Assembly: GCF_006345805.1 (NCBI RefSeq)
Contig: NC_043005.1
Location: 88,474,001 to 88,538,000, forward strand
Source: Octopus sinensis
Lineage: Eukaryota
Direction: 5' to 3'
Length of the DNA: 64,000 nucleotides
The notes beneath the pieces were generated by a model. That model was not told the DNA's origin. It ran no database searches and worked only from the letters and a program-made list of their open reading frames with translations. Shown here piece after piece: positions 1-13,339 of this stretch (its first letter is position 1; each line of letters begins with the position of its first letter). Made by a program: the position numbers and the translations under genes.

Positions 1-122
1 GCAACGGCCACGATCAGTTGGTGCATTTTACGTGCCACCAGCACAGAAGCCAGTCAAGGTGGTGCTGGCATCGACCACATATGGATGGTGCTTTTTTCGT
101 GCCACTGGCACAGGTGCCAGGG
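1..122 (-). mobile_element. RTE-LINE 3'UTR fragment (tandem-unit region)
   Basis: Reverse complement matches the ~66-nt GTGCCGGTGGCACGTAAAAAGCACC units in the 3'UTR of the RTE copy at 18850-19140. Confidence 0.75.
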
Positions 123-144
123 GAGAGAGAAAAAAAAGACAAAG

Positions 145-335
145 TAGGTTTGCTTTCCATGTTGGCCTAAGCTGGACATTTTGTTTGCTGCTCTCCTGTT
201 CAGGTCACATCTCACCCAAGAGTTTCATCTTTAGCTTGGGTACATCTGTTTGTGGCACCAAGACTCAAAGGGTGGTCATATCTTTGACAAGACAAATGGG
301 GGATCTCTCATTCTTACACTTAACAGAGAGGGTAC
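145..335 (-). mobile_element. Degenerate RTE-LINE ORF fragment (tentative)
   Basis: Minus-strand text (AAGATGAAACTCTTGGGTGAGATGTGACCTGAACAGGAGAGCAGC...) loosely resembles the start of the RTE copy near 16700; has stops. Confidence 0.35.
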
Positions 336-1020
336 TAGGTGCATTTTATCATGGTACTAGAAGGGATAAGGGTTAGAGGGCGACAGCTAGCGAGAGGTGA
401 ATAAATGGTGAGAGTGGATGGTGGATGTTTATACCCAACGGCTAATGAGGGAGGACAGCTAGGATGTATGGGGTGCATGGCAGGTCTGACGAGATCCCTT
501 AAGTGAGTGAGAAAGACAGAAAGGCCCAACACCAGCTGTCTTCCATTCGTTTCAGTCATATATCTGCGGCCACGCTGGGGCACCACACTGAATATACTAA
601 AGCAATGTACAGTGAACTGAAGAGATCCACAGTCACTGTTAGTCACTGCAGTGAGAGTGAGACGTGAGGGACGTGAGCATTAGAGGCAATAAATGATAGT
701 GGCTTGCCCACACCACAAGGCTCTCATCTTGCTTTGGTTCCAGATTCCCCACCCATCAACTAAGACCTAATTGACAGTAGGATGACAGGAAATCCCAGAA
801 AGTGAGACTGTGTATATTGCAGCAGTGTTTATTGCGAATGTAGAGCAGGAAAGTCGTTCAGCATTTCTCTTGGACATTATTTTTCTAATGTTATGCTGTT
901 TTTTAATGATAAATGCATCTTCAACAAACCCAAAAGCAAGCATCAAGAGTGAGCCCTCTCATAGATAGAGAGGGAGCGATCGACAGACAGACATATACAC
1001 ATGCACACACACACACACAT

Positions 1021-1063
<43 letters not shown>

Positions 1064-1249
1064 ATATACATACCTACACACACACACACGTGTGTTAGAG
1101 ATATATTTATAATTGTCTGCAGACATACGATTACAGATCAAATTACACAAGACAAATGTATCAACTACCACACACACACACACACACACACACATACGAT
1201 ATCCGTATGTGTCTTGTAAGTAGTAAACTGTAGATCTTTAGTCAAAATG

Positions 1250-3104
1250 GTTAGAAAGGATGGTTTTTAGTGTTGTTGTACAACACGAAGACAACATGAT
1301 AATTACTATTGATGATGTGGAAAAAAGAGGAAAAACATTTTACATAGCGGCGGCGCGGCGGAGGTGATGTTGAGGAGGTGGGGGAGGGGGGCAGGAGCAG
1401 GCAGAAAGTAAGTATTGAAAAGAAAGAGGAATGTGCGATGGGGGGGGGGGGAGAAAAGATACAGCTACTTATGTCTGTGTGTCCCCAGTCTGGCCTAGAC
1501 AGGTTTTTCTGGATTGATACAAGACTGACGGATATATGTGTGTGTGTGCGTGTAGTCGGAAAAGCAGTGGTAACCAACTTTTGACATCAAACGGACCGAC
1601 AGCCGCTGCTGCTGCTGCCATGGTGATGATGCCAGAGAGACTGGGGGTACACTGCACATATGATGAAGTATAAACAGAAACCAAGAGAATGTTATCGGGC
1701 GAAAAGTAGACTCTTGTCTTTGACATTGTTTAAACGAAGCAAGTGTTTACTAATAAACTGGATATATAAAGACGGACATTACTCCATATATATATATATA
1801 CAAAATGGGACAAGAACGCAAAACATCCAGAAGACGATACAAAAAACACGGACGGGTCATTCGAAGCCTTCAATCTTCAGTCAAGAACCGGATCATCCTC
1901 GCAATTTCGGCTGATTAATCTTGAGATTGCTCCAATCTGGCCAGCCCCAAGGAAAAACTAAGCTAAGAGCATTAGATCCCTTGGAAAAAAGCTTCGAATG
2001 TATACGAAACAAGGACGGAAAAACGGACGATGTTACACTATATATATATATATATATAGGTCCTGGGAGGGCAGAAAGTTGGGGCTTTTCCAATGAACCA
2101 CTCAACTAGAACTTTAGGCAGGCTAATTTAGAAATTCATTAGGTTTAGAAATTCCAGGTTTCACAATGGTAAAACCATTTTGTGAGTTTAGCGAAGAGTA
2201 AAATATAATCCGAAGAAGAAAAGGACTTCAACCCATCTTTAATGACCGTTTACAGCGGCTTCTGTACAAACTCTACTTTCAATGCCAGCTCACACAAAAG
2301 TGAAAATGTATGTAATATTTGCGATTTTAAACGTTAGCGTGACACTTCTTCAGACCTGCACCAATGGTGCACTCTTACATTGTGCATCAGCGAATATAAA
2401 GGGACCGATGTACCCACACAATTTTAGAAGTAGCAGAGCGACTCAAGATCTGAAAGTATCGAGCGATGGCACATACGTGTAAGCACACATTGGTGCCCCT
2501 TTCATCGCCCGATCTTGTCCTTATAACTTTTAAAACCTGCGTTAACGAAAAACTGAAAAAAATACATTTTTGAGGGCGATTATGCAGATAAAATGTCAGC
2601 AAAGACACGTCTTTAGGAGGAATTTTGAATCGTTCTATCAACACAACTCACATCCGCTCCGAGTTTGTTTTGCGGGAATTAAACTGGCTCCACCAATTTC
2701 CGTGATTTCCCAGACTAATATTCTATGTTTGAACATCAACATTACATAATTTACAAAGTGTCATTTGAAAAATATGCATTTTAAAAGAGTGTTATGGGGC
2801 AACAGAGTCGTGGGGGGGGGGTTAAGAATAATCCGAAATACCTTAACAAAAAAAAAATATTAAAGGCAACGTTATCAACATAATAGCAATCTACTTCAGG
2901 AAATTATGAAGGAAACAAATTTGAGGCGCTAAACTGTAGTTGTGCCTATAGATTATATTAAATAGCGTAGAATACTACAGACGTTAGTGACGGGCCTAAA
3001 ATGTTCGTGCAAAAGCTCGTTTCAAACTTCGACAATCACTTTGGCCCCTAACCGTAACTGTAGGCCCCTAAAGAACTCCTACCAGTTGTCTTGGATCTAT
3101 CTCT

Positions 3105-3167
<63 letters not shown>

Positions 3168-3700
3168 TTGTGACTGTCCGTGTGTGTCTTAAATCTAAGA
3201 CATCTTCTTGATGCCGTGAAAACATCTCTCTCGTCCAAATCTGTGTCGGTTTTAAAAACGTGTAGCAGAATTCCTTATTCTAAGAATTGTCTGCGAGTGA
3301 AATGTTTGGACGGCGTCAACGAAAGGAGCCAAAACAATCGCGCACACGCGCGCTTTTCAAGGAGGCCTCTTCCCAAGGGCAACGAACCTTACCCCTCCCC
3401 TTCCGTGGCATCTCGTGAAAACGGTGTTGCTCTATTTATTGTATCCATTACAAATGAATACAATTGCATCGCGATTGAACTGTTGAAGTAGTGACAAAAG
3501 ACACACACTATTGTATTCACTTAAACTATATTGTAATTTTGTTTACACACACTCGCTAGAGGCCTTAGGCCAACAGGTTTGGGGATCTGATGATACTCCA
3601 TAAAACTAAACCCTTTATGAACGTGAAACCTAAGGTAGTCCCATAAACAGACCTTACCTAACTTTATTTACACACACGTATTGAGTTCATGACTCCCGTT
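1250..3700. promoter_or_regulatory. CpG-rich promoter/5'UTR-like island
   Basis: Visibly more CpG than the flanks, non-repetitive, GC-rich runs (GCGGCGGCGCGGCGG), strong donor-like sites (GTAAGC + strand 2479; GTGAGT - strand ~2650; GTAAGG - strand ~3657). TSS and gene not identified. Confidence 0.3.
3100..3167. repeat. (CT)n(CA)n compound microsatellite
   Basis: Directly visible. Confidence 0.95.
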
Positions 3701-3904
3701 TGAAAAACAACTAAACGTACTTTGTGTGAGTGTTTAACTTGAAATTATTCAAGGTTTAAAATTATACATGATTTTTTCCCCTTTTTTGCATGGGCAACAA
3801 ATATTGATTCCCCAAATCCACACGAACATGGCATTCGTCGTCCAAGTCTGACATGAAATGAGTTGCAGTAATCTTCCAACGTATCCATTTTAGTGAATTC
3901 TTTC

Positions 3905-4085
3905 TTTCTATATCTATCTCTGTATCTATCTATCTCTCTAACTATCTATCTATCTCTATCTCTCTAACTATCTATCTCTGTATCTTTAACTATCTATCTA
4001 TCTCTATATCTCTAACTATCTATATCTATATATCTCTAACTATCTATCTATCTATCTCTATATCTCTCTATCTATCTATCTATCA
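3905..4085. repeat. Degenerate (CTAT)n/(CT)n simple repeat
   Basis: Interrupted TATC/TCTC/TAAC runs. Confidence 0.9.
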
Positions 4086-4759
4086 ACGCAGGAATTCATA
4101 CACGTGTTTATATATGTGCTAGTTCATAAATCTATATGCCTATGAATGTGTGTACGTCTTTAAATAGATAAATACATAGATACACAGATTACATATCATC
4201 ATTATTTAACGTCCATATGCCCTGCTGGCATGGGTTGGACAGTTTAACAAGATCCAACAAGTCCTAGGACTGCATTATGCCCCAGTGTTTGCTTCGGCTG
4301 GGCTTCTATGGCTGAATGGCCTTCCCAATGCCAACCGTTTTACAGTGTGTACTGAATGCCATTTTCCATGCAGCCCACTAGACTGAGTGAAGCCAGAGAG
4401 AGAGAGAGCGAGCGAGTGGCAGCTCTATGCCAAGAGGTGAGAGGTTACAGTTTGTGAGAAGGAGCCCAGAATAGGTTTCCTGCTGCAGAAGAGCTACATG
4501 GTTACACATATTATAGAGGAGAAGGTGGGAAGTTCAGTGATGAGCTGGAGTGAGATTAAACAGTGGAGATGAGGTGTCAGGACGGACCTCAAAGGACCCT
4601 GTCAGAATATATATATATATATGTATATATATATCACTTGTGTATTAATAATTTGGGTAGTATACAAACAGTATATCGGATAAGTATTATCCCTTAGAAG
4701 GGTTGGATCCACAACCCCTAACTTACTTGGTGTTATATATATATATATATAATTAACCA

Positions 4760-5463
4760 AGACAGCTTTCGTATGCAGTAGATGCACAGGGGCAATAGAC
4801 TCCCAAACAGTTGAAGGAATCCGGGGGAGAGGAGACCCAGGAAGACATGGGATGAAGTGGTGAAGCATAACCTTCGAACATTAGGCTGCACAGAGGCAAG
4901 GATGAAAGACCAAGATCTCTGGAGATATGCTGTGACTGCAAAGACCTGACAAATAACGTGAGTTCATGGCTGTTTCCTGCACCAGTTTCGCACAGCAGCT
5001 CCAGCCCATCCAAAGTACCTTGGATTGCAGAACGACCTGCTGTGCTTATCTTGGATCGTAGGGTGACCTGCTGTGCTTGAGGAGACCTATTGAGTCAAGT
5101 ACATTGACATCAAAATAAATATCAAATGGAAATTGTAGTTGTGATAACTGTTCCAGTGGCACGTAAAAAGCACCATCCAAACGTGACAGATGCCAGCGCC
5201 GCCTTGACTGTCTTCCGTGCTGGTGGCAGGTAAAAAGCACCAACCAAACGTGGCCGCTGCCAGCTTCCCCTGGCACCTGTGCCGGTGGCATGTAAAAAGC
5301 ACCCACTACACTCACAGAATGGTTGGCATTAGGAAGGGCATCCAGCTGTAGAAACACTACCAGATCAGACTGGAGCCTGGTGCCGCCTCCTGGCTTCCCA
5401 GACCCCGGTCGAACCGTCCAACCCATGCTAGCATGGAAAACGGACGTTAAACGATGATGATGA
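4760..5463 (+). mobile_element. 5'-truncated RTE-LINE (ORF C-terminus plus 3'UTR, (GAT)n tail)
   Basis: Collinear with 18550-19313 (ACTCCCAAACAGTTGAAGG...GGAAAACGGACGTTAAACGATGATG). Confidence 0.9.
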
Positions 5464-5529
5464 TATATATGTATATATGATGGATTCTCTTGTCATGAAT
5501 GATGAAGGTTCAGTGAAATAAAGCGTTAA

Positions 5530-5780
5530 TCATGTTCTCTGGACATGAAGGTGTCTCTTGAGGTCTGCTGGTTCCTTATAAACCTTTTGGTAAATGGAAC
5601 AAGTTGAGGACTCAGTTTGCTTGAGTACTTCAGGATCATTTACTCTGTGCTTTCTTGAGTGGACGGCAAGGCCTGCTTTGCTTTGTGCCACAACACCACA
5701 ATGACAGATAAGGTTTCTATTTAGAAGAGCAGCATTTTGCCAGCAGGCCTTCATATATACATGAAGGGTATGTGACCTAG
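5530..5780 (-). mobile_element. Old non-LTR retrotransposon C-terminal zinc-finger remnant
   Basis: Translates ...ICHCGVVAQSKAGLAVHSRKH...CSIYQKVYKEPADLKRHLHVQ; CxxC...GL..H.R.H is typical of LINE ORF2 C-termini; no splice support. Confidence 0.5.
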
Positions 5781-6564
5781 TGGTTAGGGTATTGCATTCA
5801 TGATGACTGGATTGTGGGTTCAATTTCTTGAGCAAAACATTTCCTTTCCCTTTGTTCCAGTCCACTCAGCTGTAAATGGATCACCCTGTGACACACTGGC
5901 CTTCTGATTAGGGGCAGATGTTGGCCTGCTCACCTAGCCAGCAAGGTGGCACCATTCAAAAGCTAAAACAATGTGAAGTGCATTGTGACTAGCGATGTAT
6001 AACAATATCAGATAGTCTGGTTGATCATATGATCGCATGATATATACATATATAAGATAGAAAGTGAGATACAGAAATACAGCTGTGTGTGTGTGCATGT
6101 GTGTGCGCATGTGCAAGTGCGTGTGCATGTGTGTGTGGTACCAGCTGCCATCAAACAAATTTTCTATCTTCTCTAAAAGCAGGGATAATTTCAATTTCTT
6201 GTACCCTTGTTCATCTTTGTTGATTAAGATTACATTAATTAGCACGCCAATGGCCATTCAGATTTACTCTTCATTTTCGTTTCTTTTATGCAAATTACCT
6301 TGGGACCACAGGTGTATTCTACTTTTTTTGTACATGTCAAAGTGTCTTATTCTGCTGGGGGTATGGTAGGGCAACTGCTGTGTAGATGATGCCTTATGAG
6401 GTAGAAACATGTCCACACCTGACCTATTGTCTCCAGATAATGAGATAGTCTTTTCCTTAATAGCATGTAAGAGGTGTAAAATATATCACCTTTAACTTTT
6501 GGCACAAGGCCAGTAATTTCAAGGGAGGAGGTAAGTTGATTACAAGGACCCCAGTGCTCTCCTT

Positions 6565-6882
6565 ATGAGAGCTCAAAATCTCTCGTGGAAGTGTCATCCA
6601 ACCAAAGTACAAATATATGGAAAATTACCACCTGTATCATCTCTTGTGAAAGGTAGAAGAGTCCAGTTTGCTGGACATTGTTGTAGAGCTGAAAACGAGG
6701 TAATTTCTACTCTTCTCCTCTGGAAGCCATCTGCTCACGATACCATAGGGCGTACACTCTCCTACCCTGATGTAATCTCCAGGGATACAGGCATCCAGCA
6801 ACAGGACCTCCATAATGCTATGATGGACCGTGGATTCTGGCGTAACATAGTAAATTCCACGGTCGGACAATGATTATGATGA
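6565..6882 (+). mobile_element. 5'-truncated RTE-clade LINE 3' end (second subfamily), inserted in a SINE
   Basis: RRVQFAGHCCRAE...DRGFWRNIV is an RTE C-terminal motif; short ATG-rich tail; the two flanks are halves of one family-A SINE. Confidence 0.75.
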
Positions 6883-8155
6883 TTTATTCTATTGACCTCA
6901 AAGGAATGAAGTTAAGCTGACCTTAGCAGAATTTGAACCAAGAACATAAAGACAGACGAAATGCTGGAATGCTAATGATTCTACCAGCTTGCTGGTTTCA
7001 GATTCAGGGACATCAGATTTGATGGGAAAGGATTAATCTATACCATATTTCCCAGTACTTGGAAGGTACTTTATTTTGTCAGCCCCTGGAGGAATGAAAG
7101 GCAAAGCTGACCTTCATGGTGTCTGAACTCAAAACATAAAGAACCAGAGAAGTTGTAAAATATATTAAAAATCTATATTCCATGGTGCAAACATTATCTG
7201 CTCAAGCTGGCAGAAATGTTAGCACACCAGGCAAAATGCCTAGTGGTATTTCGTCTGCCGTTACGTTCTGAGTTCAACTTTGCCTTTCATCCTTTCGGGG
7301 TTGATTAAATAAGTACCAGTTATACACTGGAGTCAGTCCCTTTGTCCATCCTTGTTTGTCCCCTCTATGTTTAGCACCCCCCCCCCATGGGCAATAAAGA
7401 AATAAATATGAGTAATTAGATATGTTTATTATATCAAAAGTTGACAGTCTAAGCTGAATTTCACTTTTGACTGTCCACAAGTTGTTAACGGTCAACCAAA
7501 ATTTCTGACGCGAGTCTTCAGTTGTTCACTTGACTTCACCAGTTGTGCCAATATATCTCTCTAAATAGACATACGGACAATTATGCAAACATAAGCACAA
7601 ATGTGCGTGCGTGTCATCATCATCATTTTAATGTCTGTTTCCTATGCTGGCAATGAACTGGACAGTCTGACAGGAGCTGGCATGGCTGGAGGGCTGCACC
7701 AGGTTCCAGTCATCTGTTTCAGCATGGTTCCTACAGCTGGATGTGTGCAAGGTATATAAATTGCTTTAGTGTCCACTTTGCCATGTTCACAAGGTTCAGA
7801 CAGAATTTGTTGAGTTGGGTTTTCTATGGCTGGATGCCCCACCTATCATTAACCCTCACCGTTTTCCAAATAAGGTAGCATCTTCCTCCAGACCAGACAG
7901 GTTTTCACAAAAGACTGGAAATGAAAGACACTGCTTGTACAGTAATGGTGACACTCATCTACACCTGACAGGCTTCTTTCAGTTTCCACCAAATCCACTC
8001 ACAAGGCTCTGGCCAACTTGAAGTTGGAGAAAACACTTGCCCAAGGTGGCATGCAGTGGGACTGAACCCAAGACCAAAAGGTTAAGAAGCATACTTCTTA
8101 CCATACAGCCGTGTGTGCGCACACACACACACACACACACGCGTGTGTATATATA

Positions 8156-8915
8156 CAGGGTGTGACGAGTAAATTGTTGCCATTTTATATTTTTAATTTC
8201 ACTCATGCACATTGTTTTTTATTTCGACTACACAGTATAGTAGGGTTAGTTGGGCACCGTCTGTGAGAAAAACAGCACCATGATGCAATTCACTCTGCCA
8301 AAAATTTAGAAATGACATGCTGTCAACATCATGGTGTTTGGAATGATCACTAGTGATGGTGACGTTATGCCTCCATTCATCATCCCACATGGCCTCAGAC
8401 TCAACACGGAGGCCTACATCAAGTGCCTGAAGGAGATAGTGATGCCCTGGGTCAAGAGGGTGGCTGCTGGAAGGCCCTATATCTGGCAACAGGACTCTGC
8501 ACCATGGCACACAAGCAGAAGAACCCAGTCATGGCTGTCAGATAATTTCTGCAACCACATCCCCTCTAACATCTGACCACCTAACTCCCCAGACTGCAAC
8601 CCACTTAATTATTATGTGTGGAGCGTAGTTGAATGAGAGACCAACAAAGCTCCTTGTAATACCAATGAACTGAAGGCAAGGATTATGGCAGCATTCACCA
8701 ACTTAAACTTGGGGACCATCCGGGAGAGTTGCAGGAGATTCCGAAGTCGCCTGGAGGCAATGGTTGAAGCCAATGGTGATTTTATTGAATAAATTTACTC
8801 TTTAGTATTTCAAGATATTTTTATGTAATTTTGGTAAATATATCTGTTAAAATGAGATGTCAGTGTTATTTTCATTTTTGCATAATTTAGATGACAGTTT
8901 ATTCACCGCACCCTG
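8156..8915 (+). mobile_element. Internally deleted Tc1/mariner DD37D (maT-like) transposon
   Basis: TA|CAGGGTG...CACCCTG ends; QQDSAPWH and (W)PPNSPDCNPL(D/N)YYVWS motifs with 37 residues between the 2nd and 3rd acidic positions; in-frame stops. Confidence 0.85.
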
Positions 8916-8959
8916 TGTATATACAATCATAGACGTGAGGTGGTTTAGGTTGCAAAATG

Positions 8960-10520
8960 GTTTACCAGAGTATGCTTGCCTTTACTGCTGATGACTATAA
9001 AGGGACACGGAAATGCTATTATGAGAGTTTGTTGAATGGTGAGGATGCATGGGAAAACAAGGTCTACCTCATGTGAACCCAACAGAAGCACTAGCAATTC
9101 ATGTCGGCAAGGGTTTAGTAGATAAATTAAGATGATGAAGATGAGAAAAGCTGCAGGTACATCAAGTGAAATGCTGAAAATATCTAGCAAAGCGGGATTC
9201 GTGCTAATTAGCTAATTAGTTAATCAGGTAAAAACAGAAGGTGATACCCAATGACTTATGTAGTGATATCATTGTAAACTTTTAAAAGGAAAAGAGAGGT
9301 GCCTGAGAGGAAATTACAAAGGCATCACATAGATGGACCAATTGAAGGCAGCGAGCTGGCAGAACCGTTAGCACGCCAGGCAAAATGCGTAGCCATATTT
9401 CGTCTGCCGTTACGCTCTGAGTTCAAATTCTGCCGAGGTCAACTTTGCCTTTCATCTTTTCAGGGTTGATTAAATAAGTACCAGTTACGCACTGGGGTCG
9501 ATGTAATCGACTTAATCCGTTTGACTGTCCTTGTATGTCCCCTCTGTGTTTAGTCCCTTGTGGGTAATAAAGAAACACATAGATGGACCAAGTCATGAAG
9601 GTCAGAGAGAGAGAGTGTTTGGAGAATTGATTGGGAACAGAATTAGCTTACTTGAAATGCAGTTCAACATTATAGCCATGACAGATGACAGGCAACTTCA
9701 GAGAAGTAAGCCAGCCACTTTACCTAGCATTCATTGGCATAGGGAAGGTCTTTGATAGGTCACTAGTGTCAGTAACCTGGGATTACAAAAGAAATTAAGA
9801 GTAAATGATTGCAAGGGTTGTATAAAGCTACATGTAAGCTGCACTCAGTAAAAGAATGAGCTGGTGAGGAGTTCTATGACAAATTTAGCAGAAAGGTAGG
9901 AGTCCTTCAAGGCTCAGAACTCCTCCTGCTTCTGTATATTGTAGTCCTCCAAGCCATAATAGAGGAATCTGATACCAGCTGTACGGCAGTATACATAGGC
10001 AATAAGCATCAAGAGCACACCAGAAGTAAAGTTCCTTAACCCTTTTGCTATCATATTTTTGTTGAAATGCTTTCATTTCAATTAATCTTGAGAATAATAA
10101 AGAATTTACCAAAATTAGTCATTATGAAACAGGTGTGTAGGTTATACATCAACATGGAATTTTGATGGGAGGTTTTAATTTAGATCCCTTTAAAACAAAG
10201 AAATCTGTTTCATAAAACCAAGGGCAGTTTCAGGCTCTAAAGGGGACGGTTTACTAGGTGTAGTTGATAGCTTCTGTTACATAGCTTACTGAGCAGTGGA
10301 AGGGGTTGTATTGAAATTATTACCCCTGCTGGCAACAAAGGTTTCCTCCTCAAAGTGATGGGTAGATTGCATGATGCTTGTGTTTGAAATGTGATGCAGC
10401 ATGGCAGTGAAAGACGGACCTTAAATGCAGAAAACCAGGAAGAAACGAGGCAAACATGCTTGGCTGGATGTACAATGTTAATGGAGGGTAGAAGAAAGGA
10501 AGCTGTGTTGGAACAGGTAT
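8960..10520 (+). mobile_element. Highly degenerate RTE-LINE interrupted by a SINE and a MITE
   Basis: Pieces collinear with the 16.7-18.5 kb RTE (VGVLQGS...IVVLQAIIEE; HGSE...); many stops and indels. Confidence 0.7.
9346..9575 (+). mobile_element. SINE family A (tRNA-like head, Nin/Deu-like central domain)
   Basis: GCTGGCAGAA..GTTAGCACG...GAGTTCAAATTC..GAGGTCRACTTTGCCTTTCATC..ATAAGTACCAG; about 20 copies in the window. Domain name is inferred from memory. Confidence 0.85.
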
Positions 10521-10551
10521 ATGATGCATATAGGGGACAACTGTTGCTTAA

Positions 10552-10768
10552 CCCTTTTGTTACCAACCTGGCTGAAACCGCTTCTGGCTCTGAGTATAAA
10601 TGTCTTGTTTCCATAAGTTTTGAATTAAAATCTTCCACCCAAACCTTAGTCACAATTTATGTTCCTAACACTAGCTTAATGATAACTATATTTTATATAA
10701 CTATATGTTATATTTAAAGTAATTGAAAGAACACAGAGCATCTCAAAATAAATACAGTAACGAAAGGG
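10552..10768. mobile_element. TTAA-flanked (piggyBac-like) MITE
   Basis: TTAA|CCCTTTTGTTAC...GTAACGAAAGGG|TTAA; second copy at 36617-37160. Confidence 0.8.
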
Positions 10769-11011
10769 TTAAGGAAGAGCCAAGTGGTTGAAGTTGGTGG
10801 ATCCTGTGGAAAAGAAAGACTTAAAACAAAGTGACGAAGATTGAACTTAGGATGTTGCATCTCACGCGAGAAATGACAAAAGACCATTTAGACATTTCTC
10901 AAGTTGATAAAGAACAAACCAGTTTGCAATGAAATACACATTGCAATGTTCTAAAAAGGCTGGGGTGTGTGTCTGTGTATGTATACATGCATACATATAT
11001 ATATATATATA

Positions 11012-11222
11012 GGGTGCAAGCTGGCAGAAACGTTAGCACGCCAGGTGAAATGCGTAGCCGTATTTCTTCTGTCGTTACGTTCTGAGTTCAAATTCCGCCG
11101 AGGTTGACTTTGCCTTTCTTTAGGGGTTGATAAAATTAAGTACCAGTTACGCACTGGGGTTGATGTAATCGACTTAATCCGTTTGTCTGTCCTTGTTTAG
11201 CCCCTTGTGGGTAATAAAGAAA
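11012..11222 (+). mobile_element. SINE family A
   Basis: Near-identical to 9346-9575; CpGs largely intact. Confidence 0.85.
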
Positions 11223-11242
11223 CATATATATATATAGGGTGC

Positions 11243-11548
11243 AACCTTGGGCAAGTGTCTTCTACTATAGCCTTGGACTGACCAAAAACATGTGAGTGGA
11301 TTTGATAGATGGAAACTGAAAGAAGCCTGTTGTGAGTATATGTCTGTGTGTGTGTGTGTGTGTGTCTCCCACCACTCCTGGATAACTGGTGTCGGTGTGT
11401 TTACATCCCTATAACTTAACGGTTCAGCAAAAGGGACTGATAGAATACGTAGCAGGATTAGAAAAAAAAACACTAGGGTTGACTTTTTAGACTAAAATTC
11501 TTCAAGGCAGTGATCCAGCATGGCCACAGTCTAATGATTGAAACAGTT
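11243..11548 (+). mobile_element. SINE family B (CORE-like), 5' truncated
   Basis: ACCTTGGGCAAGTGTCTTCTACTATAGCC...GGAAACTGAAAGAAGCC, shared with about 10 copies. Confidence 0.8.
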
Positions 11549-12945
11549 ATAAGAAAGATAAAATGTGTGTTTGTATTTGTATTCTTTCAAGCCCACCTTT
11601 GTGCCCCCCCCCCCACATATTTCACCTCCCTACACTCATCTGCCTGTTGCTCATCATCATCATCTTTCACTCATCTCTCCTACATGAACTCATCATCTCT
11701 TGACTTTACTCTGATCTCTACATCTTCCTAATTACCTGTGTTGCACGCAGAACGAGAAACCCTGCAAGGGCATCCTCCGGAAAGATTTCTCATTGAACAG
11801 AGGATGTGTAAAGTTATAAGGTTCAGTTAATTCCGTCTCACAAGCTTTTTGGAGAGAGGTGCATTGAGAAAACCCACCCACCCACAATAGTGTAAAGTGG
11901 GTGGCAAACAAGCAGAGAAATTCTAAGGTTAAGAGATATCTTCAGTCCTGTCTTGTGAAAGATGAAATAACCTCTTGGGTGTTGATGCCATGAAAAAAGG
12001 CACCCAGGACAGAAGGGCATCCAGTCACAGAAACCAAACTAAAAGACATTTAAAAGCACCAGCGCACAAGGGCAAAGATCTCAAGAAGAGAAAACTCAGA
12101 CCATAAGGACCTGTCCAATTGACACCTGCTTAGGAAATGGTGGACATGTGGGGATATGTAATATTGGTTTCAAATTCTGGCACAAAGCCAGGAATTATGA
12201 GAGAGGGGAAACGATAACATTAACCCTCAGTACTCATCATCATCCAGTTTTAAATCTGGACTTTGTCCCCGTTAATGGGGGTGGCCAGATCTACCTCAAC
12301 GCCAATAGCAACTGAAGTAAGCAGGTGCAACCCACCCCCAAACTTTGGACTAGCTGGTGCCCATTCTCCTTTGCTATCATGAGGAGTTTTTGGAGCTAGA
12401 TTTTCTATGGGGAGCATGCCTTTGCTTAGCCCCAACTTCAGTTTCTAGACATGAGTGGTGCCAAGATCAAGGCCTCTACCACATTTAAGAAATGTGGTGG
12501 AAAACTAGCTCAGGAAGGCATGAGACCACTGAAGCAAAGTCGGCTTCATCGGAATTTGAACTCAGGACATAAAGACAGACAAAATGCTGCTAATGATTCT
12601 GCCAGCTTGCTTGTTGTTATGGCGGTACATAACATTATCCTCATCAACTTTGAATGTGTCTGCAGTTGATGCCAGCATGAGTTGGACAGGATCTGATAAG
12701 CAAAACGATTGTATTGAGCTCAATTTTGGCATGGCTTCTACAGCTGGATACCCTTCCTGGTGCCAACCATTTTACAGAGTAGACTGGATGCATTTTTTTG
12801 TAGCACCAGCACTAGTGAGGTCGCCAAGTAACTCACAAGGCATGACTAATCAACTGAATGAGGCTGTAGTATTGATGTTAGAGTATGATGAGGGGGTGTT
12901 GCCCTGGAGGAGATGAGGTGCATAAAGAGAGAATAAAAACGGAGA

Positions 12946-12993
<48 letters not shown>

Positions 12994-13339
12994 GAATCAT
13001 GGGTGGAAGACATATATATACAGAGAATCATGGGTGGAAGACATATATATATATATATATGCACAAATACACAAAGCTTTGTATGAGAGAGAGGTGGGGT
13101 AAGAGAGCACATCCCACATGATGGTTTCTGTTTAACCAATTTCACTCATAATGATTGGGTTGTGGCTATGGAAAATATCCTTGCAAGATGCCTTGAAGTG
13201 GTGGAATTGAAGCCACTGTGTGTGCGTGAGTTCACTCCTGGTCACATATAGGGCAAACTACATCTTTCTACCTATTGAACTATCTGTCTATTTATCTACC
13301 TATCTAATGTTAGGTCTACTTTTCTTTCATTTTACTGTG

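Noticed and set aside
3580-3620. CTGATGA at ~3587 (also ~8988, 17782, 24050, 36895)
   Set aside because: No stem II / GAAA / stem I geometry; not hammerheads, and no box C/D partner structure.
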